Shown here in pieces: positions 14,750-29,899 of a DNA stretch of 64,000 bases. How positions within the stretch are numbered: the stretch's first letter is position 1; each line of letters begins with the position of its first letter. Below the pieces are notes generated by a model. It did no database searches, was not told the DNA's origin, and was given only the letters and a program-made list of their open reading frames with translations. The stretch is taken from the NCBI RefSeq assembly GCF_009914755.1, contig NC_060927.1; one strand, written 5' to 3'. Both the position numbers and the translations under genes were made by a program. The stretch comes from the human T2T-CHM13v2.0 reference genome, Homo sapiens.

Positions 14750-15575
14750 CCCAACCCCGTGCCTGGCATCTAGTAGGGGCTCAGTGCTTATCTGTTGAAT
14801 GAATGAGCAATCCCCAATCAATTGCCAGACACTTCTCTTCTAGATAGCTCTTGAATCTATCTACTTCTCTCTGTTCCCACTACCCTAATCCATTATCACC
14901 TTTTGTGGGCTGCTGAATCTTCCTGTAAATGTCCCCACTCCTCCAGTCCATTCATTTCCCAGCAACCAGTGTGATCCTTTAGAAACAAAATCTGATTCTG
15001 TTTCTTCCCAATTTCAAGCCTATCAAGTGGCTTCCGTGGACTTCAGGGTAAAGCCATGGGCCGAGTGGGTGACATGAGCTCAGGCTGCCCCTCCAAGCGC
15101 TCAGCCTCCTCACTTGCCTATGGATCCCACCCACCCCACACAGGAACTGTGCCTGAGCCTGAGCACTCAGGGCCCCTGAAGGCACTGTGCTCAGGTCCTT
15201 GACTGAGTCATTTTCATTCTCCAGGGCCTTTTCACAGGCTGCTCTCTCCACCTGGAAGCTTCTCTACCTTCTCTCACTAACTTACCTTACCTCTGCCTGT
15301 TATAGGGGGCTTATATCTTCTTTATGCCTTCACTTAGATGTCGCTTTCCCAAGGCTCTCCCAGAGTGGGTTAGGTCCCTACTGTGGCCCTTCTATGCCAC
15401 CTCAATCCCATCCATTGGAATTTCCAGCTCAAAGTCTGTCTTCCTCCACCAGGATGTCAATTCCACGTGGGGAACATCTTTGTGTTTTTCCTCCATTGAT
15501 ATATCACAATGCCTAGCACACCTCCAAGTATATTATAGGTGGTCAATAAATACTTTCAAGTGAATTGTTGATGAA
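14750..15575 (+). mobile_element. L2 LINE 3' fragments
   Basis: L2 tails gtgcctggcatctagtaggggctcag...tgttgaatgaatga and gcctagcaca...tcaataaatac; internal cagtgtgatcctttagaaacaaaatctgat. Confidence 0.65.
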
Positions 15576-15609
15576 AACATTCAGCCTGGCTCCTTGTGGA
15601 AAACATCTT

Positions 15610-15810
15610 GAGGATATTTATTGAGGAGATACTATATTCCAGGAATTTTACATGTATTACACTGATCTTCACAATAGCTATGGGAAGGAAGTCACCTTAG
15701 CACCCCTTTTTACAAATGGGGGGCTGAGGGTCAAAGTTTAAATAACTTGCTTAAGATCACACAGCTAGAACGTGGAAGTTTTTCAGACTCCATGTTTGCA
15801 TTCTTCCAGA
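15610..15810 (-). mobile_element. MIR SINE
   Basis: tttacaaatggggggctgaggg...aataacttgcttaagatcacacagctag. Confidence 0.65.
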
Positions 15811-15977
15811 TGGCCTAGAGCAGTGGTCCTCAGACTAGAGCTATACCAGAATCGCCTGGTTGGCTTGATAAAATTCAGATTACTGAGTCACATCTCCAGA
15901 TTTTCTGGTTCAGTAGGCCTGGAGGAGGATCTGAGATTCTGTGTTTCTATACGTTCCCAGGTGGCACTGATGCTATT

Positions 15978-16666
<689 letters not shown>

Positions 16667-17689
16667 CTGCTGACTTGGAGACCAATTTGAGAACCTGGCC
16701 TAGATCACTACAAAACACCTGGGCTTGCTTTATGGCTATCCTCACTCCCTAATCACTGACCTTGGACCAGGATTTTAGGATCCAGGCCTGGACTCTCTTC
16801 TGAGAGAAACCGATGCCTAGCACAGCCTCCTACAACCAGACAGGACCCTGGCTCTGAAGGTCTTGGCTACGCTCTGGGAACAGGCTGCCATCAGGACCTC
16901 AGTGTCTGTCCCTCTCCCTTGAGACACTGCTCTTCTGTTTGTCACCCTTCAGTCCTGACCAGTGATCTCCCCATTTTATCAAGGAAAAGCACCCCCACCC
17001 TGGCCCACCTCTTTAACAACTTCCATGCGGATGCATTCTAGGCTTGCTACTGCTACTGCTGTCTGAACAACTTAATAGCACAGTAAGTTACAGTCTCTTC
17101 TGTGTCATGGTGCCTGCAGCATTCATCAACTTCAGCAAGTGTCATCATGAGTGATACAAGTGTATGACACAGCTAAGTGTCTCCTCTGCACAGGCCATTA
17201 CAGCTGGCAGCAGGCCCAGGGAGGCAAGAACTGGAGACTCATTTGGCTCCAAGTGCCCAGGATGATGTAGAAGTAAATGCGCTCCAGCCCTCCTCCCACC
17301 ATGGACCACATAGATGCTTCGTATTCTTGGCACCTTCTACAACTACTCTCAAAGTTTCCCCAGGTAAGCTAGGGATGGTCTTGGTGCAATCTTTTCCCTT
17401 TGCCTCATCCTCCCATCCTTCCTCTGTGCCAACTTTTACACATCCTTTGAGGCCCTGTGCACGAACCACCTCCTCTAGGCAGCCTTCCAACGGCAACCCA
17501 CTCTCCCCTTCCTCTAAAGACCTCTGTCACAGAGCATCTCCACCTCTGCTGTAGAAATTTTATTGGTAAACACTTCACCCTGACCTGCTATGCTCAGCTC
17601 AGCTCCTTGGAATTGGAGGTTGTCATTCATATTTTTGTGTCCTCTGCAAGATTTTTAAATGTACTGGATGAGAATTTCTTTGATTACTA

Positions 17690-18170
17690 AAGTCATGTAT
17701 ATGTAATACAAAACATTGATAAAGTACAGAAACATAATAATAATGTCACCATTCCCAGATTTTATTTTCCATTTTGCTGAGTATGATATGTTTGAGTGTG
17801 TGTGTGTGTGTGTGTATAAAATGAAGTTCATAGTCTCATACTCTATAGTTTTAGACCACACTTTTATAATATTTTTCCAAGTCACAATTTTAACTGCTGT
17901 GCAATATTCCATTATATGAATGTTGCATGATTTATTTAGTCAATACCTTATCATCAGACTTTTAAGTTCCTCCCTCTCCCTTTCTCTCTTCTTTCTTTCT
18001 TCCCTATTATAAATAACACTGTGATGAACATCAATGAACATAAATCTTTTCCCACACCTGCTTGCTTTTTTTTTCTAGAATAAGTTTTTAGAAATAAGAT
18101 CGTTGAATCAAAGCTTTCAATATTTTGAAGCTCTTAATACACATCAAATAACTCTCCCAGGAAATGATAA
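17690..18170 (-). mobile_element. Old L1M fragment with an embedded (TG)n at 17796-17815
   Basis: gcaatattccattatatgaatgttgcatgatttattt and ctattataaataacactgtgatgaacatc are antisense L1M motifs. Confidence 0.6.
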
Positions 18171-18183
18171 GAATCCACACTTT

Positions 18184-18595
<412 letters not shown>

Positions 18596-18746
18596 TTATC
18601 ACAGCAGTCCTTCAGTGAACACTCACTCAATTAGCCGTAGAATGTGTATGCCTATGTGTAAGTTTGTGCTAAGCGCTGGGGAAAGGGAAATACAAAGATG
18701 GCAACACCTATTATCCATCTTCAGAGAGCTTTCAAACTAGTACATT

Positions 18747-18760
18747 GGATGGATGGATGG

Positions 18761-18796
<36 letters not shown>

Positions 18797-18820
18797 ATGG
18801 AAGAATGGACAGATGGATGG
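18747..18820 (+). repeat. (TGGA)n tetranucleotide microsatellite
   Basis: Long GGAT array with a few variant units. Confidence 0.95.
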
Positions 18821-20759
18821 GTGCTTGGGAAATATTTCCTTGCCATCAGTTTTCTCAACACATTGCCATGAATATAAGGGGAAATGGGAGCTCCCATAAG
18901 GCTTTGAGTCCCAGTGGAATGTCCTGGGGCTGTTCAGGAAAACCCATTCTGGGAAAGCAAAGACTGCTTTTGAGAATAGACAGAGGAATCCCAGTGCAGA
19001 AACCTCATGCCACTTCCTTCTAGGGAGTTTCACCAGGCCTGAAATTTCAGAGCTGGGAACCTATTTGTTCAGCCACCAGTAATGTGAAAGTAATGGAGAC
19101 ATTTGGCCACAGAAGTGACTTTAAATAGTGGCCCAATGTGGGGCCACAGGACCTATGGAAGGAGCTATGCAGAGCTGTTTGCATGACCCACAGGAATTTC
19201 TTGCCCACCAACACCACACCTATCACACAATTCTTAGCAGCTGCTGAGAGAGGCTTTTCTGCCTCTCTTACAGAATGAGAACAAAGCGTAAGATAAAGGA
19301 AGGGGAGGTTGTAGGAGCAATGAACTCTGGGCTGCGAACCTCCTTCTTCCTGGCCAGAAGCATGTACCTTGCCTCTCTCCCAGTTGCCCCATGAGGCAGG
19401 CTGACTTCCCTGAGCCAGCTGCTGAGCTGCACCTGCCTTGAGAAAAAGGCACCCAGTTCTTAAGCAGGGGATGAATATTCATTGGCATGAACCTTTGCAA
19501 ACTCATTTGGGGAAAAAAATAGATCAGAAGAAGTAATCAGATTATTAAAAAGAAAGAGCAAGGACAGAAGGTGGCAGTGGAGGGAAGAATCACATTTAAA
19601 ATGCAAGGAGAGACTTCCTCCCTGCGGTGTAGCTCTGACCCCCTAGACCATGCGCTGAGAATAGTTAAGCTCTCCCACATTTATGCTGCATAAAAATGTT
19701 GTTTTTGAGGCCTCATCTGAGAGGGGGAAGGGCAGAGGTAACACGCACCCTCCACATCTGAAAATTATAAAATAATATTTTGAGGTCTCCATTTTATCTT
19801 CCTTTGATATCAAGAAAAATTGTGAGAGCTAAAGAGGCTCTGGTGAGTGCTGAGTGACAGGTTAAAGGGCTCCAATAAAGATTAGATGGTCCACTATCTC
19901 CTGAGGAAATTGCATAAAAGTGGTTATTCCCTCTTGCTTCTATTAATTTCCTCTTCCTGGCTGCTTGGAAATGCTTTGTAACCTGATGCTGCAGATGGGG
20001 ATGAGAAGCGCTTTCCATTATCTCAATCACTGCACTGTTTATGAGACACTTAATCTGTTTCTTTATAAAGTAATAGTACTGTGGGTGATGGACTCAGTGT
20101 CACTGGAAGTCTGTGTGCAGGGACAGGAGGAGAGGAGTGTCTCGAGAGTATGGTAAGCAGAAGGTCATTTGTCATATCACTGAGGTGCTGAGAAGTTGGG
20201 TGGGTGTTTCAAGGTGACCTTCTGGATACCAGCCAGAGGTGACATGCACCTATCCCTTGGCACTTGAACAGGGAGGCAAATGTGTGTTTTGTCTGTTGAA
20301 TGGAAAATATATACACGTTTAGGCATGGGGTGCTCAGATCTTGTCTCCTCCCCTTTTCTGAAGTTGGGGGTGGGGAAAGAGATGTGTGGTGAGGTCGGGG
20401 AGAGGGATGCCATCAAAAAGCCTCGGCTATGCAAGTTTCTAGGCCTTCTGTCTGAACTGCAATCACTTACAATGGAGGAAAGGGAACCCCTTTCTCTTAA
20501 GGAAACAAGGCAATTGTAGGCTGCACTGGTGTTAGAAATGTCCAGCCCTCCAAGTTACCTTGTCCCATTGACAAAGGTCTTAATGCGAATACACAGCAAG
20601 GTGTCGGCGGCTCTTCTCTTTCTACCCACCTCCTGGAAATGTAATGGAACTCTCCCCTGCAAAGTCCAAAGCTGGGCACTTTATGACCCAATTTCCGTTC
20701 CTACTTCTCCTGTTCTTCCACCTCTTTTCTTCTCCCTTTGTCTTTTCCTCTTCTTCTGA

Positions 20760-21146
<387 letters not shown>

Positions 21147-22061
21147 TAAAGCATGAATTCTATGAGAAAGTATAGCATAAGTGTGGTTACAAATTACAAG
21201 CTAAAAGGTTAATAAATGAACTCAGGAATACTACTTCTTTTATAAAGTTTCTTGTGACTCTCATCTTATAAGGAGACTCTGCAAAAGGTGTACATCCATC
21301 CACCTGGTCCCCTGTGTGCACACAAGCATAGCACAGATCCTGCTGTATCAGAAGCAGCATTCCATTGTCCACCTCCCTCACCAGGAAGGGAGCTTCCTAA
21401 TGTTGGCTACCCCATCTGCACCCTGCTCTATTCCCCTAGCCTGGTGCCTGGCTAGAAGTCAATCCACAATAAATATTTGTTGAATGAGGGGCTCCCAACT
21501 GCAGCAGTAGTGCTGACCGTAATTCTGTAAAGGAACTCCTGAGTTTTGAAATGATACGAAAGCAGAGAACTCTGTTATTTACCTTAAGTTGCCTGAAAGT
21601 GCTGAAATGTGTTTGGTTAGGCTACCGCTGTATTTAATTATTATTGTTTAAAATTGTACAGTCTTTATGCAGGTGAGCAGTCTCCAGGCTGCCAGGGTCT
21701 CCACCACTCTGCACTGTGTGACTCCCAGCTGCTTTATATTCTCAAGTGACTGACCTGGCTCCAAAGGCCATTTGCTTTTGCTTCTCATGGCCTGAATATT
21801 CTTCATCAGAAGCCACCCAGAAGCTTTATTTATCACCCCAAGTTAAAGCTGCTTTTTCTCAAGTGACAGCATAGTTTTCTTATTTATTTTTCTATGTTAA
21901 ATTTCTAGTGAAAAAATATTGTTAACTTTTGTTTCTGATTAATGGCACCTGATACAAGATAAGTTAAAAGGGCTTTGTGGATTAGCCTGGCACTTTAACC
22001 CTTGTTTTAAGCATGAATTCTATGAGAAAGTATAGCACAACAATGTAAAAGTTTAATAAAT

Positions 22062-22602
22062 TACTGAGCATATACCCAAAAGATTATAAATCATTCTACT
22101 ATAAAGACACATGCACACGTATGTTTATTGTAGCACTATTTACAATAGCAAAGACTTGGAACCAACCCAAATGCCCATCAATGATAGACTGGATAAAGAA
22201 AAGTGGCACATATACACCATGGAATACCTTGCAGCCATAAAAAGAATGAGTTCATGCCCTTTGCAGGGACATGGATGAAGCTGGAAACCATCATTCTCAG
22301 CAAACTAACACAGAAACAGAAAACCAAACAACATATGTTCTCACTCATAAGTAGGAGTTGAACAATGAGAACACATGGACACAGGGAGGGGAACATCACA
22401 CCCTGGGGCCTGTTGGGGGGTGGGGGCAAGGGGAAGGATAGCATTAGGACAAATACCTAATGCATGCAGGGCTTAAAACCTAGATGATGGGTTGATAGGT
22501 GCAGCAAACCACAGTGGCACATGTATCCCTATGTAACAAACCTGCACGTTCTGCACATGTATCCCACAACTTAAAGTAAAAAAAAGAAAAAAGAAAAAAA
22601 AA
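22062..22602 (+). mobile_element. 5'-truncated L1PA (about L1PA7-like): end of ORF2, 3' UTR and poly-A
   Basis: gacttggaaccaacccaaatgcccatcaatgatagactggataaag...cttaaagtaaaaa. TSD tttaataaat at 22052-22061 and 22605-22614. Confidence 0.93.
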
Positions 22603-23039
22603 TCTTTAATAAATGAATTTAGGAATGCTGCTTCTTATATAAATTAAGGCATGCCTAGACAGATTTTATGAAAGTATTAAGTTATAAAGTCTGAGTATTA
22701 AGGAGATTCATACATTTTGTAATTATATGTAAAATATATTTTGTAGATATGATTCACCCATTATACATAACAGAAATAATATATGTAGAAACACATTCTT
22801 CCATTGGGTTCCAGGATTTATTTGCCCACTTTGGGACTTGAAATTTATATTCTGACCCTGAATTCTAAAAGTCCCTGCAAAGAAACCTTGCTTTTGTTTT
22901 TTAAAGGAGTGGGTAAGTTGGGATGGAGAGGAGTTAGCATTATTTAGCACACATTGATGCTAGCGACATTTCATATTTGAGTTTATTAATTTCTAATAAT
23001 CTGTGGGAGTTATTGTGAGAAATTTACAGTTCTTTTTCA

Positions 23040-23165
23040 TACACCTTTTATGCAGATGAGCAAATTGAGGCTCTGAGGGATGATATAACTTGCCAGTGTT
23101 CACCAAGCTAGGAGCTGGCAGAGCCAAGAATTGAACTCAGGACTGTCTGACCATTTCCAAATGCT
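23040..23165 (-). mobile_element. MIR SINE fragment
   Basis: tgcagatgagcaaattgaggctctgaggga...aacttgcc...ggcagagccaagaattgaactcagg. Confidence 0.7.
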
Positions 23166-24419
23166 TGTTTCTCCGGGGAGAATGGAATCAGACCCCCTCC
23201 TGGAACCTCTCTCTTCAACCACTCCCCAAGCTTCTCTCCCTGATGTCCAGCTTGGACCTCCTCCCCTCCACTTCCTCCTCTCATGGACACCTTGGAATTC
23301 AGAGACTCAGTCACCCAGAGCTACTGTCCTCCATCAGAAACCTCAGAGGAGGCACTTTCCACATCCCCCTGCCACTTGTGGATATCAGGACAATTGTTTA
23401 TGCTGTTAACTTATTAAATGTAAAGTGAGGAGGCTTTTACGTGCTGGAAAGAAAGGGAAAACACCTTGTTCTTGTTGGACTGGTACATTAAGAAAATTAC
23501 AGCATGGCAGGGGCCAAATATGAATGCTTGAGTCATCACCTCTACCCCTCCCCCACTCTCCAGAGACAGAGCTCCTGCCGAGTCCAGGCAGCACAGGCCT
23601 GGGATTTGTCTGTATTCACTGGCTGCAGAACTGAATGGGGCCAGGAAGGCTGGGGATTTATTAGGAAAAGAGCCAAGTGTTTCTCACAGGAGATGAGGAG
23701 AGATATGGAAAGAAGAAAAGGAAAGAGGGAGAAATACAGAGAGAGGGACCGTAATGAGTGGGCTGGGAAAGATGGATTAGTAAGCCAGAGTCTCCTCGGA
23801 TACTTTTGCCATTCAGAGCTTCTCCCTTTCATGTTTGATGTGTTAGATCTTTAATAAAGACTCAAACAGTACTTTTTTTCTTTCTACAGAGAAGTTTCTT
23901 CTGAATGTGCTGAGATGAGTCAGGAAGTGGTCCCTTTTTACATGGTTCGCAACTGACATTGTTTCCCCAAACCTGGGAAACAACATTCACTCCAGTGTCT
24001 TCCCCGATCCCAGGGGATGCTCTGCAAAGTAAGGCTTCTTGGTGAAAAAACATAGCATTTTAAAAAGTTTTAAAAGTTCTCAACAAAGAATAAGATGAAC
24101 TTTTAAAATCAGCATTTCAAAATATCTGGCCACAGTACCCTTTTGTCATAGGTGTTAACAATCCAAAGAACGTGGATCCCATGGGACACATTTGGGTTGT
24201 GCCATTCCAGAACATTGTGTTTTGGAGATTCCTTCCTGTCCAAAATGGCACCCCACCCAGCACATGTCTGGAGAAACTGAAACCTTTTCCTCACCTTAAG
24301 TGATCAATGGAGTGAGATAACTTTCACAGCATAGGAAACAATTCTTTCTTCTTGTCTTAGCAGAAAAGCAGTGGATATTTTTCAAATAGTTTATGCGTAC
24401 ATCATCACTATCATTTCTC

Positions 24420-24570
24420 CCACTGTGTGATCCTTGGTAACTTTTGTAACCTCTCCGTGTCCCAGTTTCCTCATTAGCAAAATGGAGATAGTAATAGCTA
24501 CCCCATAGAGTAATGCATGGAAAGCACTTAACAAGACAAGTTAACAGATGGTGGCTACTGCTATTATTAA
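24420..24570 (+). mobile_element. MIR SINE fragment
   Basis: aacctctccgtgtcccagtttcctcattagcaaaatggagatagtaatag. Confidence 0.7.
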
Positions 24571-25887
24571 AGAATATGCTGCACTTTCCAGGAGGGAACA
24601 ATACATTTGAGATTAGCTTTCTATAAGTAGAAACCATTATAATGGCACTTCAATTATATGATGATCACATTGTATTAGATTTATATGACTTCATTGGATC
24701 AAGAGCTCCTTGAAGGCAGGCTCTATTCTTGAATTCCCTATGTCATGTTTTCAGCAGGAACAGTAAATGTTTGTTGAATGAAGTAATGAGGTGTGTAAGA
24801 AAGCCAAACAAGTTGACCAGTCAGTAGGTTTTACCCAGTCTCAAAGGAGGATGAGCCAGAGTAGGTTTCATGGGGACAGGAAGAGTGGGGGCTGAGATAA
24901 TAAGGAAGGGCCTTGGGGAAGTAGGGTAGGCAGAATCAATCTTGTGAGGGATCAACAAGGAAGAGACCAGATGTCTGGGCTCAAAAGTCTTTACAGATGA
25001 GACAAAGTTAAGACCCGAGGGATAGCTTGGAGCCAGACTTTTCAGAGAATGACTCATTATAGGCTGATCCCACAGGAAATTAAGAGGATGTGCTGCACAT
25101 ATGAGGGCCCCTCCAGTGGAGATCAGGTAGTATCAGGTGTTCCCAACCTTCCCCACTGCCATGTGCATGATAGATGACACCAAGTGTGTGACACGTTCCC
25201 TGGTGTGCTGTCTGCAAAGTCATCCTTTCCTTGCCCCACCCCCGGAAGCATATCAAAATGCAATTAAAGGAGAATGATGTTGTTAAGGCATTAACCTTGA
25301 AATCACCCTAATTTAGTTTTAAAGAATCACTTATGAATTTCAGCCCTTTGCCATCATTCATAGCAAGAGCTTGTTAATACATCTCATAGTGTGTTCCTCA
25401 TGTGTGCTGCAACATGGCATTGAAAAACCGTGGGTCCAACATGTCATTGAAAAACCTGGGACCCCTTTCTAACTGAGGCCATAGGATGAGATGTCTTTAG
25501 TGAGTGGCTCAGGGAAAGGCCATGGATGTTAACCAGGTAGACAGAAGAGGGAGTAACCATTTATAGAGCACTTATGTCCCAGGAACTGAGCTACACTTTA
25601 GATTTGTTTTCTCAATTAAATCTCTTGACACACCTGGAAGGGAAGAATTATTATCCATTTTGTTCAAGTGAGAGAGGTCATTGGTACCAAGAAGATATAT
25701 TTCACAAAGGATTTTTGAAGAATTGGAAGTGTTAAATATGGGTTTCCTCAACCTTAGATCTCCCTTGGTACGAGAGGGGCATCTCAATGTTCTTTTTAGA
25801 GAGGAAGACACTCCTTTTCCGGTTGTAGGGAAGAGTTTCTGGCTGCCACACTTCCATTAATTATCACATGGTCTCTTTGTGTTCTAG

Positions 25888-26043
25888 CTTGCCCTGCAGG
25901 GACATTCAAGGCCAGCCAGGAAGCTGAAGGCTGCTCCCACTGCCCCTCCAACAGCCGCTCCCCTGCAGAGGCGTCTCCCATCTGCACCTGTCGGACCGGT
26001 TATTACCGAGCGGACTTTGACCCTCCAGAAGTGGCATGCACTA
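25888..26043 (+). CDS. EPHB1: EPHB1 internal coding exon (probably exon 4), cysteine-rich/EGF-like region, 156 bp, phase 1-1
   Basis: Acceptor tctctttgtgttctag (AG 25886-25887) and donor A|gtaagt (GT 26044-26045). Translates (A)CPAGTFKASQEAEGCSHCPSNSRSPAEASPICTCRTGYYRADFDPPEVACT(S), which I recognise as EphB1. The last base A plus GC of the next exon gives Ser in frame. Candidate branch point TTAAT (A at 25860). Confidence 0.97.
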
Positions 26044-28689
26044 GTAAGTGTCTAGTAATGGCTCTGGGCTGGGGAGTTTGGTTCCCTGATGGTGCAAGTG
26101 GTGGGTCTGGGGCAAGGAAGAGAAGACATCATCCTTTGATCCCAGGGCAAAGCAGAATTGCTGGCCATGGTGCTGAAACATACAACTCCTATGCTCGGAG
26201 TTCAGAGGCCTTGTCCCTACGTAGCACTGGGTGAAGATTACATTTTTTCTTTCTTCCCCCTTCTTCCCATATAAGAGGACCTTCTCCCACCCCAGCAAGA
26301 TAACTTCTGTTCATCAGATGTCAGACTGGAGAGTTCTTTGGATGCAAAATCATGATCTATTATCACTTCCTCCAAGAAGTCCCTCCTGGTGCCTATAGCT
26401 GAGAATCTCCTATCTCTTTGCTGGGTTTCCTGTATATTTGTAACCAGACTCCCCTCAGAGTGCTCATCATTTTATTAATTGTTCAGTCATTCTGTACTTA
26501 TCTCAGTTACCAAATGAAGACTATTGTGTGCCAGGACCATATATTCATCTTCTTGTGTCCCTTCAAATGCCCAGCCTGATGTAGCATTTGTGCTCCTGTC
26601 AAATGACAAGACCAGTGGCCTGACCACAGAATGCATCTCCAAGGCAGAAATTCTAGGGACCGGAGCTAATGCATTGGCTACATCACTCTCCCATTATATA
26701 ATATAGAGGGAAGAGCAGTCTCCCTGCCAAAAACGGGGAAAGGCAGCTACACTCTCTGGATAGGGATGTGAGAAGGGGTGCATTTCTCCCAATATTCTCC
26801 CCAATAATTGTGGAAGGAGGCAATCACTACTGTCCCTGCACAGTACTTTGGATAATTTGCTCCTATCCTCTGAGCATTGTAGCCCTGAAATGTGGATGAC
26901 CTCTCTTTTAAGTATCCCATTGTATTTGGGAGTCAGTGCTCCAGGTTAGCCTCTAATGTGTTAGAATTTTCTTCTTCATTGGATAATGCTTCCTGGCTCC
27001 CTGTGAGCAGGGACCTTTCTTTACACCTGCTTGGACCAAATCCCTTCCATCCATCCCCATCACAGAAGAATATTTCATTTATACTTTCTGTTTGATGAAC
27101 AGAAAAAGTGACTGGACTCTTAGTAGAAGAATTACTTAATTCCAGCCTTGTAGTGTATGTAACCTTTACTGAGTAAAGAGGGGGAATGAAAGTACCTTCT
27201 AGATCAAGTTCCTGAGTTCAATCAGTGTGTATAGATTTGAACTGAGGAAAAGCTCATCCTGTTGTAAACTGATTTTCTACAGACCTCTCTCTCTGTGGGT
27301 TAATATTAACAAAAATGATTGTTTCTGCTGACCAGAAGTCCTGTTTTTCTGTTGTGCTATCTCCTCCACTGATTTCTGAGGTTGCCCTGGGGGTCTTCAA
27401 TAAGCCCAAAAAGCATTGTTTAATGTACTTCTTTAGAAATCACTTAAGGATGCTGAATCACTGCTCCCTGGATGTTCAGACCAAAGACTAGTCTCCATGA
27501 TTGCCGAAGTATATGCCCAGGGACTCACAGTATTCCTCCTGAAAACGCTCCTTTCCATTCCTTCTCATTAACCCCTCAGGTGCACCTGGAAGTCTGGAGG
27601 GGCCTCAGGTTTAGTGTGCAGCCGTTGACTTTAAATGGATTATATCAGTAGTCACATTCATTCACTGGCAGTATTGGAAAGTTTATAAAGAGTTTTAGAA
27701 ATTTAAAATGTGTCATTTGACAAGGCTATAAAACATATAGTGCACTAAGAATTAATATTTTTAATGAATCCTGTTAATCTCTTGGGGCTGGCACACATGT
27801 AGTCATTGTATTTTTGTAGTGCTACAAGTGTTAATTTATTTCATGTAAACATTTGCAATGCATGTTACCTTTTGCAGCCCTGTTTAGGCATTTGTTTCTT
27901 TTATTTTTAATCTACTGGGAGACCCAGGGACCCCTCCACCCTTGACCTCTGAGATGCCTCTGTGTGTCCAGCCTTGTCCTTGAATTTTGTCAGTGGACTG
28001 CACAGGGATGCAGGTGCACCTCAAGGTGTCAAAGGGGCTGGTGTGGTCTCCAAATGAAGTCAGAGGAGGGTGGCTTAGAGAGCTCTGTGTTTTGAGTCTG
28101 CAGTCACATCACTGCTGCTGGTCTCTGGACGACTAGCTCCCTTCTTCCTTCTTTTCTCTCCCCCCTTCACTTCTACCCAGGCCTGCAGCTCTAGATCTTC
28201 CCAGTACTTGCTCATATCCAAGAAGATGCCTCTTCCCTCAAACCTAGGCCAGGTATGGAATGAGGTGGGAGCTTAGGGGATAGCTAGAGGCAGGTGACAA
28301 GTGACTCCTCACCACTCCCTGCTCACGAAACTCCCTGAATAAAGACAGACTACCAGGACAGTGGGAATCACCTTCAGTGAGGAGTTACTGAAGGGCTACT
28401 GACAGTAAGGGGAGGGGGTCATATGAAAAGACAATGGGAGGGAACAAGGGGAAGGTGCAGCCCCACCAGCAGGGAGGGGTTGCGAAGGTTATGGACTGAG
28501 GAACCAGCTCTGAGCTTTGGGCTTGCTGTGCTTCTGCTGAAAAAGCCGCTGCCTTCCTCCCTGTAGTGCTCCCTGAGGCACTGCCCAGAAGCCCTCAGTT
28601 TACCTGGTGAATCCTGGCATCCCCAAACTGCCTCAGTCTTGAGTGGGTTCTGGGAAAGCTCATAGAATCATTGATTTCATTTAGTGGGT

Positions 28690-28930
28690 GGAAGATGGGC
28701 TTTGGCACTTCAGAGACAAAAGTTTCAAACTTGATTCTGTCTCTTGCCTTCTCTGTGACCTTGGTCTAAATCCTTGGTCTAAGCTTTCTTACATTCTATC
28801 ATTTTATTCTCACGACTTCATAATAATGTATGCTTTTCTGAGTTATTATGAGGATTCAGCCAAATAGTATTGTAGAGTCCTTGGCACAGTGCCTGGTTCA
28901 TAGTAAACTCTCAATCGATGTTAGAACTTG
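28690..28930 (+). mobile_element. MIR SINE
   Basis: ctgtgaccttgg...gttattatgaggatt...ttggcacagtgcctggttcatagtaaactctcaat. Confidence 0.65.
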
Positions 28931-29899
28931 CTTTGGTTACATCCCTGGAAAGTGTGAAGATTGCAGCAGATATTGAAGCTTCCAGCATGAGAGGATGTTG
29001 GATATCTGAAAATAAAAGTGATGTTGTTGGGGGAGCCCAGGCTTGACGCCATCACCGAGCATCACAGCAGAATCCATGATATGGTCCCAAACCACACAGT
29101 CGCCTTGGCCTAAAGAACCTGCTGAAAACAAATGAGAAGGTGACTGCCCTACCCTGCGACCTGGTGTGCAGTGGGAGAAGGAAGGAGGCACAGGCAGAGC
29201 TTCTGAGAAGCTGCCGAGCTCGCTGTCCCTGGATGAGAGGTGCCAAGAAGCTGGGCAGGAGCAATGGCTCACAATACTGGCTTTCAATTCCCAGGCAGCA
29301 GCGGCCTAGCAGCTCCTCACACTGAGACACACTTCCTTCCACAGGAGGGCCAGATGGCAAGGGAGACATGGTGGGGTCAGCCGGGCAGAGGGACAGCCAG
29401 GAACACACTCGGAGGTGAACAGCAATGTGAAACCCCGCACCATGTTGCAGGGCTTGGCTTCTGTTTTAAATAATTTCTAGTTTACTGGGGGACGAAATGG
29501 AAAGGAGGAATTTATGAAGCAGGTGAAAACAGATAATTATGCCTTATAAAATTGCTGCCTGTGAAAAACTATACAGAAGGACTGGTGTGAAAATAATTAC
29601 CTTGTTACATTGCTGACCACAAAAACCCCTTTTCTGTCACTCACATGGAAGAAATTTTGATGGATCACAGAGGCAAGCTAGTGCTTGCCTTGTTTCTTTT
29701 ATTTCTTCTTCAAATGCAATGGGCTTCCCTCTGCAGTTTTGATCATAGAAATGGAATGAAAAAGGGGTCATTGTGTCCCTTGAGCCCACCAGCCGACCCC
29801 TTAGATGAGGGACACAGTGCCTGCCAGTCTTTCGGGGTTTCCCTGGAGGCCATCCCTGTCCTCCCTCCTGACTGCCACTGAGAGGCAGGGAAGCTTAGT

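Noticed and set aside
18745-19023. MDGWMDGW repeat protein
   Set aside because: Translation of the (TGGA)n microsatellite.
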